Source of the DNA: Candidatus Hydrogenedens sp.
Lineage (GTDB): Bacteria > Hydrogenedentota > Hydrogenedentia > Hydrogenedentales > Hydrogenedentaceae
Length of the DNA: 64,000 nt
Direction of reading: 5' to 3'
Assembly: GCA_049968235.1 (NCBI GenBank)
Contig: JBMFRC010000006.1
Coordinates: 107,866 to 171,865 of the forward strand
The translations under genes were made by a program, and so were the position numbers. Positions 19,597 to 29,350 of the stretch are shown in pieces (position 1 is the first letter of the stretch; each line of letters opens with the position of its first letter). Under the pieces are notes generated by a model. That model was not told the origin of the DNA. It made no database searches and was given only the letters and a program-made list of their open reading frames with translations.

Positions 19597-21015
19597 TTAC
19601 TCTTGTGCTTCTTTGAATTGATTAATGATTGCTGTTAAGGTTTGTTTAGCGTCTCCAAAAATCATGCGTGTATTTTCTTTGAAGAAGAGCGGGTTTTCTA
19701 CGCCGGAGAAACCGGAAGCAAGAGACCGCTTTAAGACAAAACAGGTTTTGGCATAATCTACATTAATAATAGGCATTCCGTAGATGGCACTCTTGGGGTC
19801 TTCTCTTGCGGAGGGATTAACAACATCGTTTGCACCGACTACGATACAAACATCTATCGTGTCAATTATCGGATTAATATCATCCATCTCCAGCAATTGG
19901 TCATAAGGGACATTGGCTTCTGCTAATAGGACATTCATGTGTCCTGGCATACGACCGGCAACAGGGTGAATGGCGTATTTTACTTCCGCTCCATTTTTTT
20001 CTAATAGGTCTGCTAATTCTTTTACTACATGTTGTGCTTGTGCAACTGCCATGCCATAGCCCGGAACAAAAACTACAGAACGAGCTGCTTCCAATACGAA
20101 ATAGGCATCTTCAGGTGTTAATGCTTTCACTTCACCGGTCACAGAAGTGCTCACTGCTCCTTCCGATGAACCAAAACCGCTGAACAGCACATTTGCAAGG
20201 GAACGGTTCATAGCTTTGCACATAATCGCTGTAAGGATAATACCACTGGCACCGACTAAGGAGCCTGCTACGATTAATACGGTGTTATTTAATACGAAAC
20301 CGGAGGCACATGCTGCCATACCTGAATAACTGTTTAATAGACATATCACAACAGGCATATCTGCCCCGCCGATAGGGATGGTTACTAAAATACCAAGGAT
20401 ATTTGCTAATATCATTAGCAATATAACTGCGGGATAAATTACAGTACCATTGGGACTTGCAAAGAAAAGGACTCCCATCAGGATGCCTAATCCTAATACA
20501 ACAGCATTTACTAACTGTTGTCCCTTAAATAGGATGGGCTTCCCTTGAATTTTTTCTTCTAACTTTGCGTAGGCAACCATACTTCCTGAGAATGTAACTC
20601 CACCAATCAGCATTGCTAAATAGGTGGCAAGTATTAAAACAATATTCTCAAGGCTATATTCACCATAACCTTTGCCGGTATAGGTAACATGGAAATCCGA
20701 CCAACCAACTAACATACTGGCAAGTCCACCTGTTCCATTGAAAAATGCAACGAAGCCGGGCATGGAGGTCATCGGAACTTTAATTGCAGCAATGGCTCCA
20801 ATAACAGTTCCGATAAGTCCACCGATTATTATCCATTCGTAGGATTTAATTACCGGATTTACAAGCGTAACAGCAATAGCAAGGCACATTCCTAATCCGG
20901 AGATGATGTTTCCTTTAATGGCGGTTGTCGGTTTACTGAGCATTTTCAGCCCAAGAATAAAAGTAACCGCCGATACCATATAGGCGACTTCAATTAATAT
21001 TTTAATCTCGTTCAC
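19597..21015 (-). CDS. pntB: NAD(P) transhydrogenase subunit beta
   Basis: 472 aa. N-terminal polytopic membrane domain plus C-terminal dIII NADP(H)-binding domain (GYGMAVAQAQH...VGANDVVNP). Confidence 0.9.
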   Translation of the reverse strand: MNEIKILIEVAYMVSAVTFILGLKMLSKPTTAIKGNIISGLGMCLAIAVTLVNPVIKSYEWIIIGGLIGTVIGAIAAIKVPMTSMPGFVAFFNGTGGLASMLVGWSDFHVTYTGKGYGEYSLENIVLILATYLAMLIGGVTFSGSMVAYAKLEEKIQGKPILFKGQQLVNAVVLGLGILMGVLFFASPNGTVIYPAVILLMILANILGILVTIPIGGADMPVVICLLNSYSGMAACASGFVLNNTVLIVAGSLVGASGIILTAIMCKAMNRSLANVLFSGFGSSEGAVSTSVTGEVKALTPEDAYFVLEAARSVVFVPGYGMAVAQAQHVVKELADLLEKNGAEVKYAIHPVAGRMPGHMNVLLAEANVPYDQLLEMDDINPIIDTIDVCIVVGANDVVNPSAREDPKSAIYGMPIINVDYAKTCFVLKRSLASGFSGVENPLFFKENTRMIFGDAKQTLTAIINQFKEAQE

Positions 21016-21017
21016 GG

Positions 21018-21509
21018 TTATTTCCTTTCCTTCCCTTTAAACATTCTTAACATTCTGTCTGTAACAAGATAACCACCTGCAACATTTATCATGGCACAAA
21101 TCATTGCGATAACACCGATACCTATTAATAACACTGAATCTCTCCCCTGTCCTGCTGCCAGACAGGCACCGACAACTGTAATTCCTGATATAGCATTTGA
21201 CCCGGACATAAGGGGCGTATGAAGTTGGGATGGAACTTTGGTCAATATTTCCACTCCGAGAAATACCGCTATCAAAAAAGTAAATAGAAGTAATGTCATG
21301 GGGTTTAATGCCCTGGTACCGGGTGATGTTTGTTCTGTTGCACATTCCGTAGCAGTAATAGCGGGTATCATTCCTGTCCCTGCATTACTATCCGCTTTTA
21401 CTTTTGTGAAACTTCCTAACAATAAAAGAGATAAGATGGAAGCAAACACTACCAAACTTATCCATCCCATCAGTGGAATTTTATTTAGTTTTATTACATT
21501 TTTTTTCAT
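21018..21509 (-). CDS. pntAB: NAD(P) transhydrogenase subunit alpha part 2 (membrane)
   Basis: Small hydrophobic protein between pntAA and pntB. ATGA overlap with the pntAA stop. The true start could be a later Met. Confidence 0.7.
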   Translation of the reverse strand: MKKNVIKLNKIPLMGWISLVVFASILSLLLLGSFTKVKADSNAGTGMIPAITATECATEQTSPGTRALNPMTLLLFTFLIAVFLGVEILTKVPSQLHTPLMSGSNAISGITVVGACLAAGQGRDSVLLIGIGVIAMICAMINVAGGYLVTDRMLRMFKGKERK

Positions 21510-22639
21510 TGTGAACTCCTTGCCTTTTGTATTAATTCATTTCTCAATTTGCCTTCATGAATTATCAAACATCCATTTAGAATTTCATCTTCTATTTTGT
21601 AATTGAACGATTTTGTTTCTTTATTCCAGAAATGTTCTATGAGATTCCCTAAATTAGCAGAATACATTTGACTTGCATGAACCGCCACGCGTCCCGGAAA
21701 ATTCTCTGCTCCAATCACAATAACATTGTCTATTATCACCTCTTCGCCGGGTTTTGAACCTTCGACATTTCCTCCCGTTTCTGCTGCAAGGTCTACAATA
21801 ACACTGCCCGGCCTCATTGCTTTTATCATATCATTTGTAACCAATAGCGGAGCCTTCTTACCGAAAACCTGAGCGGTTGTTATTACAACATCAGACTGGG
21901 CTATAACTTTTTTCATGCCTTCCCGTTGTTTTTGTTTCTGTTCCTCTGTGAGTTCCAGTGCGTAACCATCTTTTGTTTGTCCGGTAGGTCCCACATCAAT
22001 CTTCACAAATTTTGCCCCTAATGATAAGACCTGTTCTTCTACCACAGGTCTTGTATCGAATGCTTCCACTCGTGCACCTAATCGTTTTGCGGTGGCTATT
22101 GCCTGCAACCCAGCAACACCACAACCGATAATAAAAATGCGAATGGGCTTTAAAGTTCCCGCCGGTGTCATCATCATTGGAAATACCATCGGCAACCTAT
22201 TTGCAGCAACTATAACCGCAACATAACCTGCTAAATTTGCCTGTGAACTTAACGCATCCATCTTCTGGGCTAATGTGGTTCGTGGAATCATTTCCATCGA
22301 AATCGCGTTAACTTCACTTTTAATAAATTCATCCTGTATAGCAAAATCAAAGAAAGGTTCTAAATAACTAATATGCAAAGAACCTTTCTTTTGTAATTTA
22401 ATTTCCTCGATAGGGGGTTTTCTTAATCGTAAAACAATATCTGCGTTTTTCAATCCATCTTCACGTGATACCACCTTTGCACCTGCTTCAGTATATTGTG
22501 CATCTGAATAACCACAATTCCACCCCATATTGGATTCAATACATACCTCTGCTCCCAACTTGACTAATTTTTTTACTGTATCGGGAACTATAGGTATGCG
22601 AGTCTCTTTAGAGTAGACTTCCTTTGGAATAAAAATCAT
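21506..22639 (-). CDS. pntAA: NAD(P) transhydrogenase subunit alpha part 1 (dI, Ala-dehydrogenase/PNT fold)
   Basis: 377 aa. Rossmann IIGCGVAGLQAIATAKRLGARV and AlaDh/PNT N- and C-domains. Confidence 0.85.
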   Translation of the reverse strand: MIFIPKEVYSKETRIPIVPDTVKKLVKLGAEVCIESNMGWNCGYSDAQYTEAGAKVVSREDGLKNADIVLRLRKPPIEEIKLQKKGSLHISYLEPFFDFAIQDEFIKSEVNAISMEMIPRTTLAQKMDALSSQANLAGYVAVIVAANRLPMVFPMMMTPAGTLKPIRIFIIGCGVAGLQAIATAKRLGARVEAFDTRPVVEEQVLSLGAKFVKIDVGPTGQTKDGYALELTEEQKQKQREGMKKVIAQSDVVITTAQVFGKKAPLLVTNDMIKAMRPGSVIVDLAAETGGNVEGSKPGEEVIIDNVIVIGAENFPGRVAVHASQMYSANLGNLIEHFWNKETKSFNYKIEDEILNGCLIIHEGKLRNELIQKARSSQ

Positions 22640-22808
22640 AAAAATACCCTCTCAATCATTTAATTATTCGTTTGAAAAAGAATTTATCTTTTTACCAAAT
22701 TAAATATAGTATAAGAGAACGTGAGTAAAAAGTTCAACTTATCAAGCAATATACTTACCATTAAATAATTAGAAATAATACAATGATTTTTAAAAAATTA
22801 AAAAATAC

Positions 22809-22838
22809 TTGACAAACTACTATATATTGTGCTACTAT
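22809..22838 (+). promoter_or_regulatory. sigma70-like promoter (TTGACA-N18-TACTAT)
   Basis: Perfect -35 TTGACA at 22809..22814 and TACTAT at 22833..22838. It lies upstream of the structured element and the Kdo-kinase-like genes. Confidence 0.4.
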
Positions 22839-22844
22839 ATATTT

Positions 22845-23012
22845 GGTGTTTGGGAATTGCGTATGCCCGATTCCTCAGACCAGCCCAAAACTTCAATATA
22901 AAAATTGAATATGAATTTTCCTCTTGCGCCTACAGAGCAATTTCTCAGACACCCCCCGCAAATATAGCGGCAGGAAGCCCAAACCTGCCGCTCCTCCCTT
23001 TCAATGTTTCTC
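22845..23012 (+). ncRNA. candidate structured 5' leader / small RNA (unclassified)
   Basis: Downstream of the promoter. A direct repeat ATTyCTCAGACmasCCC occurs at 22870..22886 and 22940..22956. A GC hairpin GCGGCAGG-AAGCCCAAA-CCTGCCGC lies at 22967..22991. The 5' GTTTGGG (22848..22854) is complementary both to CCCAAAAC (22884..22891) and to the hairpin loop CCCAAAC. Only short spurious ORFs exist on either strand. Confidence 0.3.
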
Positions 23013-23084
23013 TTTTTTATTTCCATGTATGTGTTTTATAATTTATTATTCTTTTATTACTTACAAATGAGATGTAATAACAAT

Positions 23085-23891
23085 ATGCCTATACAATTAC
23101 CTGCTGTTTATAAAATATTTTCAAATAACATGGGGCATATAGTTTTAAGAGAAGATTTATCCCATGACCTAATTGAAATACTATCTGCATTATTATCTAA
23201 TTCTACACCGGACAAATTAATCCTTTTATCGGGTGGCAGAAATAATGTATTCTTATACAATTTCAATACTCACTTTTCCATTTTGATAAAGCAATATTCG
23301 CATGGTGGCATCTATAGAAATATTTTTCCCCGATATTATTTTTTTTCTAATCGTTTTTTGAATGAATTTTATATGTATATAAATATATTAAAAAATAATT
23401 TATCTGTGCCTGAATATCTTGGGGGATTTTGGTCAAAAAAATTTGGACTTTACAAGTGTGGAATAATCACGAAGTACATCCCGTATACATATACATTAGA
23501 CGAATATTTAAATAATAATTTCTATTCAATTGAAGAAAAATATGACATATTAATCAAATGTGGAAAAATTATTAAGAATATGCACGATATAGGAATTTTT
23601 CATAATGATTTACAAATTCGAAATTTATTAATCAGTTCTACAGAAAAATCTGTTTATATAATTGATTTTGACAATGCAAAAAAGGTATCCACATTAAATA
23701 GTTATTATTGTTCACAAAATTTATTACGATTAAAACGCTCTTTTCTAAAAAGGGGTATCAGTACAGAATTTTTTAATATCCTGTTAAATGGTTATGGTAT
23801 TTCTCATCTCTCTTTCCTTGCAGAAGTCTTTTCATTTCCTCATATACAATGGATAAATTATAAAAATCGTTATATTAATAAAAACAAATAG
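23085..23891 (+). CDS. Kdo/LPS-core kinase family (KdkA/WaaP-like) protein
   Basis: KQYSHGG, IGIFHNDLQIRNLLIS and YIIDFDNAKK match the Kdo-kinase motifs (K-x-Y-x-x-GG, HxDLxxxN, IDFD). The track start at 23004 is upstream. I prefer the ATG at 23085 (or 23067). Confidence 0.65.
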   Translation: MPIQLPAVYKIFSNNMGHIVLREDLSHDLIEILSALLSNSTPDKLILLSGGRNNVFLYNFNTHFSILIKQYSHGGIYRNIFPRYYFFSNRFLNEFYMYINILKNNLSVPEYLGGFWSKKFGLYKCGIITKYIPYTYTLDEYLNNNFYSIEEKYDILIKCGKIIKNMHDIGIFHNDLQIRNLLISSTEKSVYIIDFDNAKKVSTLNSYYCSQNLLRLKRSFLKRGISTEFFNILLNGYGISHLSFLAEVFSFPHIQWINYKNRYINKNK

Positions 23892-23897
23892 ATAATA

Positions 23898-24677
23898 ATG
23901 AAATACAGTAAGAAATCAAAATATCATATTTGGTCAAATGAAGATAACTTTGACCCAGATGTTTTTTTGACTGAAATATTCAATACAGGAAAAGTATTAA
24001 AAGAAACAGATAAAACTTCTTCTCTCCAATGGTATTCTTACTTTGTAAAAAAGACAAACTATTCTCTTTCTGAAGGGATATTCAGGCATCTCTTTTTATC
24101 AAGCCGTTGTAGAAGTGCATGGAATATTAGCAACTACTTAATAGATAATCATATACCTACACCAAAACCTGTTGCATATCTTGAATTGTTAAAATATTCA
24201 TTACCTTATCAGCATTTTTTCATTTCAGAATATCTACGCGGTAGTTATAATATTGAGGTATTCATTAGAGATGGTATTTATTTGAGTAAAGGTATAACAT
24301 TAGAATACTTCTTTGAGATAATGAAAAGATTTCTTATTCTTTTGTGGGATAAAGGAGTATATCATAAAGACCTATCTGGTAAAAATCTATTGACAATGGA
24401 AGGAGAACCTATATATTTAATTGATTTAGATGCTACCTATTTGATAAATCATTTTGCGATAAAATATAAAATAAGGAATTTAACACAGATTTATGATTCC
24501 TTCTGTGATTTCGTTAATGAAAAAATACTGAAAGATTTCATTTTCACAATGCTTGATGATTTATCATTAAAGGAAATAAAGATAATCTATACTAAGATAC
24601 AACAACTCCAGAAGCAACGAAGAAACCAACATTTAAGGAATATTCAGCGGTATAATAAAAAGGATAATTTATCATAA
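23898..24677 (+). CDS. Kdo/LPS-core kinase family protein (tandem paralog)
   Basis: GVYHKDLSGKNLL and YLIDLDATY. Same kinase-like fold signatures as the previous gene. Confidence 0.65.
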   Translation: MKYSKKSKYHIWSNEDNFDPDVFLTEIFNTGKVLKETDKTSSLQWYSYFVKKTNYSLSEGIFRHLFLSSRCRSAWNISNYLIDNHIPTPKPVAYLELLKYSLPYQHFFISEYLRGSYNIEVFIRDGIYLSKGITLEYFFEIMKRFLILLWDKGVYHKDLSGKNLLTMEGEPIYLIDLDATYLINHFAIKYKIRNLTQIYDSFCDFVNEKILKDFIFTMLDDLSLKEIKIIYTKIQQLQKQRRNQHLRNIQRYNKKDNLS

Positions 24678-25945
24678 TGGAAAAAGAGAATGAAATTACA
24701 AAATTAGATTGGCTGGACGACAATATCCGGAATTACATTCAATCCATATATCGAGTTCAGCACTTTTATTCAAATTTAACGGATATTGAACAACTTATTG
24801 TAATTATTACAGAAGAATGTAAAAAAGCATGTAATGCGGAAGCAGGTTCTTTACTACTCTATGATGAGAAAAAGGAAGAACTCTTTTTTCAGGTAACTTT
24901 AGGTCCGGTGGGTTCTGAAATAGTAAAGAAAGAAATTCGCATACCTGTAAACTGTGGTATTGCCGGGGAAGTTGCAAGAACAAAAAGACCTTTGATTGTT
25001 AATGATGTCAAAAACGATTCTCGTTTTTTCCCGGGGGTAGACATAGCAACTCAGTTTTCGACACGGAATATTCTTGCAGTCCCATTGATTGACCGCCAAC
25101 GATTAATTGGCGTTATTGAGATGGTTAATAAAATAGGTAATGCACCCTTTTCGCATGAAGACCTCCGTTTCCTGGAAATATTAGCATCATGGGCTGCTTC
25201 TGCTGTTGTAAGTTCACAATTAATACAAGAGAAATTACAGGCGGAACGATTTGCTACAATAGGTTATACATTAACCGCATTAGCACATCATTTGAAGAAT
25301 ATACTTACGGGAATGTTAACCAGCACAGAACTTATCGAAAAATCATTGAACCAAAAAAATTATGAGGTTGTTCATAAAGCCTGGCCTGTCCTTAAAAGGA
25401 CTTCCCTTTATGTTTTTGAGTTTGTCAAAGATTTATTATTATTTTCAAAATCTCGAACCCCACAAAAAGTATATTGTCATTTAGAAGATATAACCAATAA
25501 GGTATCCGAATTTTTTTTCGACCTTTTTTCAAACCGTCAAATCGAACTCATCATTGATATTTCTCGGGTGAAGGACAAAGTATTCCTTGACCCCAACGGC
25601 ATTATTCATTGTTTAACCAACTTACTTCTAAATTCTGGTGAAGCAGTTCCAGAAAAGAAAGGAGTTGTAAAAATTGAAGGGGAATTGTCTCAAAACAAAG
25701 ATTTGATTATTACAGTATCTGATAATGGAAAAGGAATTCCATCGGAAGATATTGAACATATTTTTGAACCGTTTTTTACAACAAAGGGTTATCGGGGAAC
25801 TGGTTTAGGTTTGTCTGTTACCCAAAAGATAGTAGAGGAACATGGCGGTAGAATTAAGGTTGTTAGCGAAAAGGACAAAGGAACAAAATTTATTATTACA
25901 CTTCCCCAGACAAATACAGAAATAAATAGAAAGGAGACAACTTAA
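24677..25945 (+). CDS. GAF-domain sensor histidine kinase (cytoplasmic, orphan)
   Basis: GAF region (GSLLLYDEKKEELFF...CGIAGEVARTKRP...VPLIDRQRLIGVIEM). H-box TALAHHLKNILTGM. HATPase DNGKGIP...FEPFFTTK...GTGLGLSV. TAATG overlap with the upstream gene. Confidence 0.8.
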   Translation: MEKENEITKLDWLDDNIRNYIQSIYRVQHFYSNLTDIEQLIVIITEECKKACNAEAGSLLLYDEKKEELFFQVTLGPVGSEIVKKEIRIPVNCGIAGEVARTKRPLIVNDVKNDSRFFPGVDIATQFSTRNILAVPLIDRQRLIGVIEMVNKIGNAPFSHEDLRFLEILASWAASAVVSSQLIQEKLQAERFATIGYTLTALAHHLKNILTGMLTSTELIEKSLNQKNYEVVHKAWPVLKRTSLYVFEFVKDLLLFSKSRTPQKVYCHLEDITNKVSEFFFDLFSNRQIELIIDISRVKDKVFLDPNGIIHCLTNLLLNSGEAVPEKKGVVKIEGELSQNKDLIITVSDNGKGIPSEDIEHIFEPFFTTKGYRGTGLGLSVTQKIVEEHGGRIKVVSEKDKGTKFIITLPQTNTEINRKETT

Positions 25946-25948
25946 GCA

Positions 25949-26215
25949 ATGAAACAATTTAAAAACCTTGAATCAGTAGGATGGATTTTCTGGGCGGTTT
26001 GTAGTGTTTTATTACTTGTTCCGAATTACTTTCTCTCTGGGTTACTGCTGTATGATAACTCCCTTGGTGCTTATATAGGTTTCACTATAGGAATGTCTGC
26101 TGTTATAGGTGCCGTTATTGCATGGGTTGTCAACGAAATTCTTTATAGGATAAATCTTGCAAAATACAAAGAAACAAAGAAGAGAGAAAGAAAAAAGAAA
26201 AAGAAAGCCAGTTAA
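25949..26215 (+). CDS. small membrane protein with a poly-Lys tail
   Basis: 88 aa, two TM segments, C-terminal KETKKRERKKKKKAS. Confidence 0.4.
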   Translation: MKQFKNLESVGWIFWAVCSVLLLVPNYFLSGLLLYDNSLGAYIGFTIGMSAVIGAVIAWVVNEILYRINLAKYKETKKRERKKKKKAS

Positions 26216-26238
26216 ATGGTTTATTTTGGAGAACAGCC

Positions 26239-27717
26239 TTGAAACTACTTGATTTGCTTGATTATGTGGAAAAAAATCCGAAAGATTATGAAAAACGTTG
26301 GAAATTAGCAAAGAAACTGTATCAAAACAAAGATTATACATTAGCATTAGAACATTTGAAGGTGCTTATAAATGAATGGGAGTGCCATATCAATGTTTAT
26401 CGGTTCTTATCTGCCACATTATATCGTCTCGGAAAATATGAAGAATCTATAAATGAGTTAAAAAAAGCCATTAAAAAATGGGATAAAGAACCCGGACTAT
26501 ATGAACAATTAGGAAGAGTATTGATTTCATCCGGGAAAATTGAAGAGGCAAAAAAAGTTTATGAAAAACTTGCTGAAATTTGTCCTGAACATAAATGGGC
26601 ACAAACGACGGTATCACGAATAGAAAGTTTTTTGAGTAAAAAACATGTTCGAAAGACACCCTTTCCGTTTACTTTTGGCTCTGATTTCGATTTACTCCCT
26701 GAATCTATCTGTAAGCGTTGTGGAGCAGAAAATCAGGGGTATATTGACCGTTGCTGGAAATGTGGAGAAATACTAACATCTGAAACAAATCCGTCCGATG
26801 TAACTACTACTGAAATCTGTTTAAACCCCGTTACTATATTAACACCAGAAATCATAACGCTTCTTCTTGGATTGGTTACTATTTCATTTATATCTATAAA
26901 TATTTTTATGTCTCTCAAGTTTTTTTTAGGAGATTACAAATCCGTTCATGTTAGTTTGACCTTCTGGGATATTTATCGGTATGACCTTTTCCCTGCTCGC
27001 TTCCTTACCAGTATTATTCTACTTTTCATTTCACCTATTTTTATCAAGTTAGGGCTAAACATTACAGGTTTACGAGATAAAATTCCTTATAATCTAATCG
27101 TTTTAACAGGACTGGTTATTGCTTCTTTTATCAATTTAGCATCATGGTTATCCAAACCTTTATTTTTATGGGGCTTTATACTGGTTCCAATCTTTTCTTT
27201 CCTTGTTATTTTCGGAACATTTGCCATATCTCTTATAAAAACACTAAATCTTTGTTTATTTCAGATGTTTATGTTATTCCTATCAACTGTTATTATTTTT
27301 AGTGCTGTTGAATCTCATATCCTGAATACCTTCATAAATCCTTTTACTCAAATTCCTACTGTTGCCCGCTTCTTCAAATACCAGTATATACAACCACCCC
27401 ACACGATAGAATTAAATAGTCCGGATGGTTCCCCTATAATCAAAAATATATCCTTTGATAAAACAGGTTCTTATTGGCTTGACATGAGAGCCAATAAAAT
27501 GAAGATAAACCTATTTTTAGACAACCCCGACACATTCATCCTTGAAGTTAATAAAGGTGAAACAAAACCTATTATCTACCAAAAAAGTAAAGATAATAAA
27601 TGGTCTGCGATCTGCTTTGTAAATACAGATGAAATCTTTACGATTAAAATCTCTACGGAAAATAAAACTCCATTTGTTGCCCGAATACAAAGTCTTTTTA
27701 TTTTAAGTCCCCAGTAG
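26239..27717 (+). CDS. TPR-repeat / zinc-ribbon / polytopic membrane protein (TTG start)
   Basis: N-terminal TPR-like helices, a CKRCG...CWKCGE zinc ribbon, then about 6 TM helices and a C-terminal soluble domain. No in-frame ATG near the start, so TTG at 26239 is assumed. Confidence 0.45.
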   Translation: MKLLDLLDYVEKNPKDYEKRWKLAKKLYQNKDYTLALEHLKVLINEWECHINVYRFLSATLYRLGKYEESINELKKAIKKWDKEPGLYEQLGRVLISSGKIEEAKKVYEKLAEICPEHKWAQTTVSRIESFLSKKHVRKTPFPFTFGSDFDLLPESICKRCGAENQGYIDRCWKCGEILTSETNPSDVTTTEICLNPVTILTPEIITLLLGLVTISFISINIFMSLKFFLGDYKSVHVSLTFWDIYRYDLFPARFLTSIILLFISPIFIKLGLNITGLRDKIPYNLIVLTGLVIASFINLASWLSKPLFLWGFILVPIFSFLVIFGTFAISLIKTLNLCLFQMFMLFLSTVIIFSAVESHILNTFINPFTQIPTVARFFKYQYIQPPHTIELNSPDGSPIIKNISFDKTGSYWLDMRANKMKINLFLDNPDTFILEVNKGETKPIIYQKSKDNKWSAICFVNTDEIFTIKISTENKTPFVARIQSLFILSPQ

Positions 27718-29332
27718 AGAGCAAAAATTCTCGTGCAATTTTATTGTCTGGGAAGCGATACAGACATTCGCGATACCATTTTATACTCTCTTCTTTTTCA
27801 TCTAATTCTTCTGCACATCTACCTAATAATAAATAAATATTTCCATCATCTATTTTTGTAAGGGCTTCTTTCAAAACTTTGTAAGCGTTATAGTAATCTT
27901 TTTTTCTTATCAATTCTTGAGCATAACCTTCATACATAGCATAAGTTGCAAATTTATAACTTACAAGATTTCGATATTTTTCTTCACAATCCTGCCCTAA
28001 TATTAGTAGTTTTTCTGCTTGCCGAAGTTTATAGTCGGGAACCCATAATTTATAAGTAAGAAATACAATAGATATAAGTCCGAAAACAGAAAGAATAAAT
28101 CTTGTTTTCGTGTTAGCATTCAATAACTTATTAATTTGTATATTTTCCCTTTTGAACATTCTTTGTTTCTCATTACACAATGACAACAACGCTACGACCA
28201 GATGAGAGGAACTAATTAAAATCGGGTTTAAAAGAGAAACTAATATGAATACCAACCATACATAAGGATTTCTATAAATAAAAATAGGAGAAAGATAAAA
28301 TAAACTTACAAATATAAGTCCGGATACTCCTGTTTCCGATAACAACTCAAGTATGTCATTATGGGCATGTAAAGTCAATAGTTCATTCCGAATATGCATA
28401 CTTCCATAACTTGAATGTAAGGCATCAGCCAGATATTTCGGACTCCAATAATAAAAATTTCCCCAACCCACACCTAAAAACGGATTAGATAAAAACATTC
28501 GAATAGAACCATCGTATATCCACAAACGCACACGAAATCCCACATCCATATCAGAAAAACTATACCTTAAACGCTCATATATAAATGGTAATGCAAGTAA
28601 CATTCCCAATAACATAGATACCAAAATGTATGTGTTTTTTTTATTAAACCCTCTATTTTCTTTATATATATTTGTGAAATAAAAAGTCATTATTATTAAG
28701 ATAGAAAACCATGAACTCCGTGAATTGCTTAAAATTAGTCCGCATCCCAAAACAAAAAAACTAAGAAACTTAAACATGTCTCTCATTGGAAACTTATCCC
28801 AGCGAACCAGAATACCTACCATCACCATAGCGATATATGTTCCAGCAAGATTTTGATTTCCGAAAACAGAATACAACTGTTTGTAAAATGAATAATTTGG
28901 AAATAAAACAGGTAACAAATCGAGATATTGCACAATTAATGAAATAGCGACAAATACCCCAGATAATAAAATCCCATACTCTATATATGTTTCATATTTT
29001 CCATCCCTATTTAAATCGGATATTAAAACAAGTGTAATAAAAACTAAAAACAACTCCATAGAACGGAGTAATGTTTGTTCTGGAACTTTCGCATAAAAAA
29101 AAGTTAAAAATAAATATAAATTTAGGATAAAAAAGAAAATGAGAGGTATAGGTGTAAATAATCTTTCTCTATTTTTCAGGAAGTAAGGTAACAATAATAT
29201 TAAAAAGATACTTAACATAATCTCTTTTGGATAAAGAAATGATGTAAATTCAAAAGAAAATACAATCGGAGGAATAAGTAAAGTGAAAAGTAGAATAATT
29301 CCAACTACTTTTTCCTTCCCCACTAAATTCAT
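27698..29332 (-). CDS. O-antigen ligase/polymerase-like (Wzy_C family) membrane protein with a C-terminal TPR domain
   Basis: About 11 TM helices with a large periplasmic-loop region (LSNSRSSWFSILII...). C-terminal TPR helices. 20-nt convergent overlap with the previous gene. Confidence 0.55.
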   Translation of the reverse strand: MNLVGKEKVVGIILLFTLLIPPIVFSFEFTSFLYPKEIMLSIFLILLLPYFLKNRERLFTPIPLIFFFILNLYLFLTFFYAKVPEQTLLRSMELFLVFITLVLISDLNRDGKYETYIEYGILLSGVFVAISLIVQYLDLLPVLFPNYSFYKQLYSVFGNQNLAGTYIAMVMVGILVRWDKFPMRDMFKFLSFFVLGCGLILSNSRSSWFSILIIMTFYFTNIYKENRGFNKKNTYILVSMLLGMLLALPFIYERLRYSFSDMDVGFRVRLWIYDGSIRMFLSNPFLGVGWGNFYYWSPKYLADALHSSYGSMHIRNELLTLHAHNDILELLSETGVSGLIFVSLFYLSPIFIYRNPYVWLVFILVSLLNPILISSSHLVVALLSLCNEKQRMFKRENIQINKLLNANTKTRFILSVFGLISIVFLTYKLWVPDYKLRQAEKLLILGQDCEEKYRNLVSYKFATYAMYEGYAQELIRKKDYYNAYKVLKEALTKIDDGNIYLLLGRCAEELDEKEESIKWYRECLYRFPDNKIAREFLLSTGDLK

Positions 29333-29350
29333 AGATATACCCTGTAATTA

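Noticed and set aside
21037-21606. ORFs of 102 aa (-) and 122 aa (+) overlapping pntAB/pntAA
   Set aside because: They are alternative frames of well-supported pnt genes.
22845-23012. SRP (4.5S) or 6S RNA identity for the structured element
   Set aside because: There is no GGAA-tetraloop domain-IV motif (GGUCCGGAAGGAAGCAGCC-like) and no long closed 6S-type duplex that I can fold by eye.
22829-23041. ORF-track ORFs of 70 aa (+) and 63 aa (-) overlapping each other
   Set aside because: They lie on opposite strands of the same GC-hairpin/direct-repeat element downstream of a promoter. Their composition is driven by the repeat and hairpin. I interpret the element as RNA, not protein.
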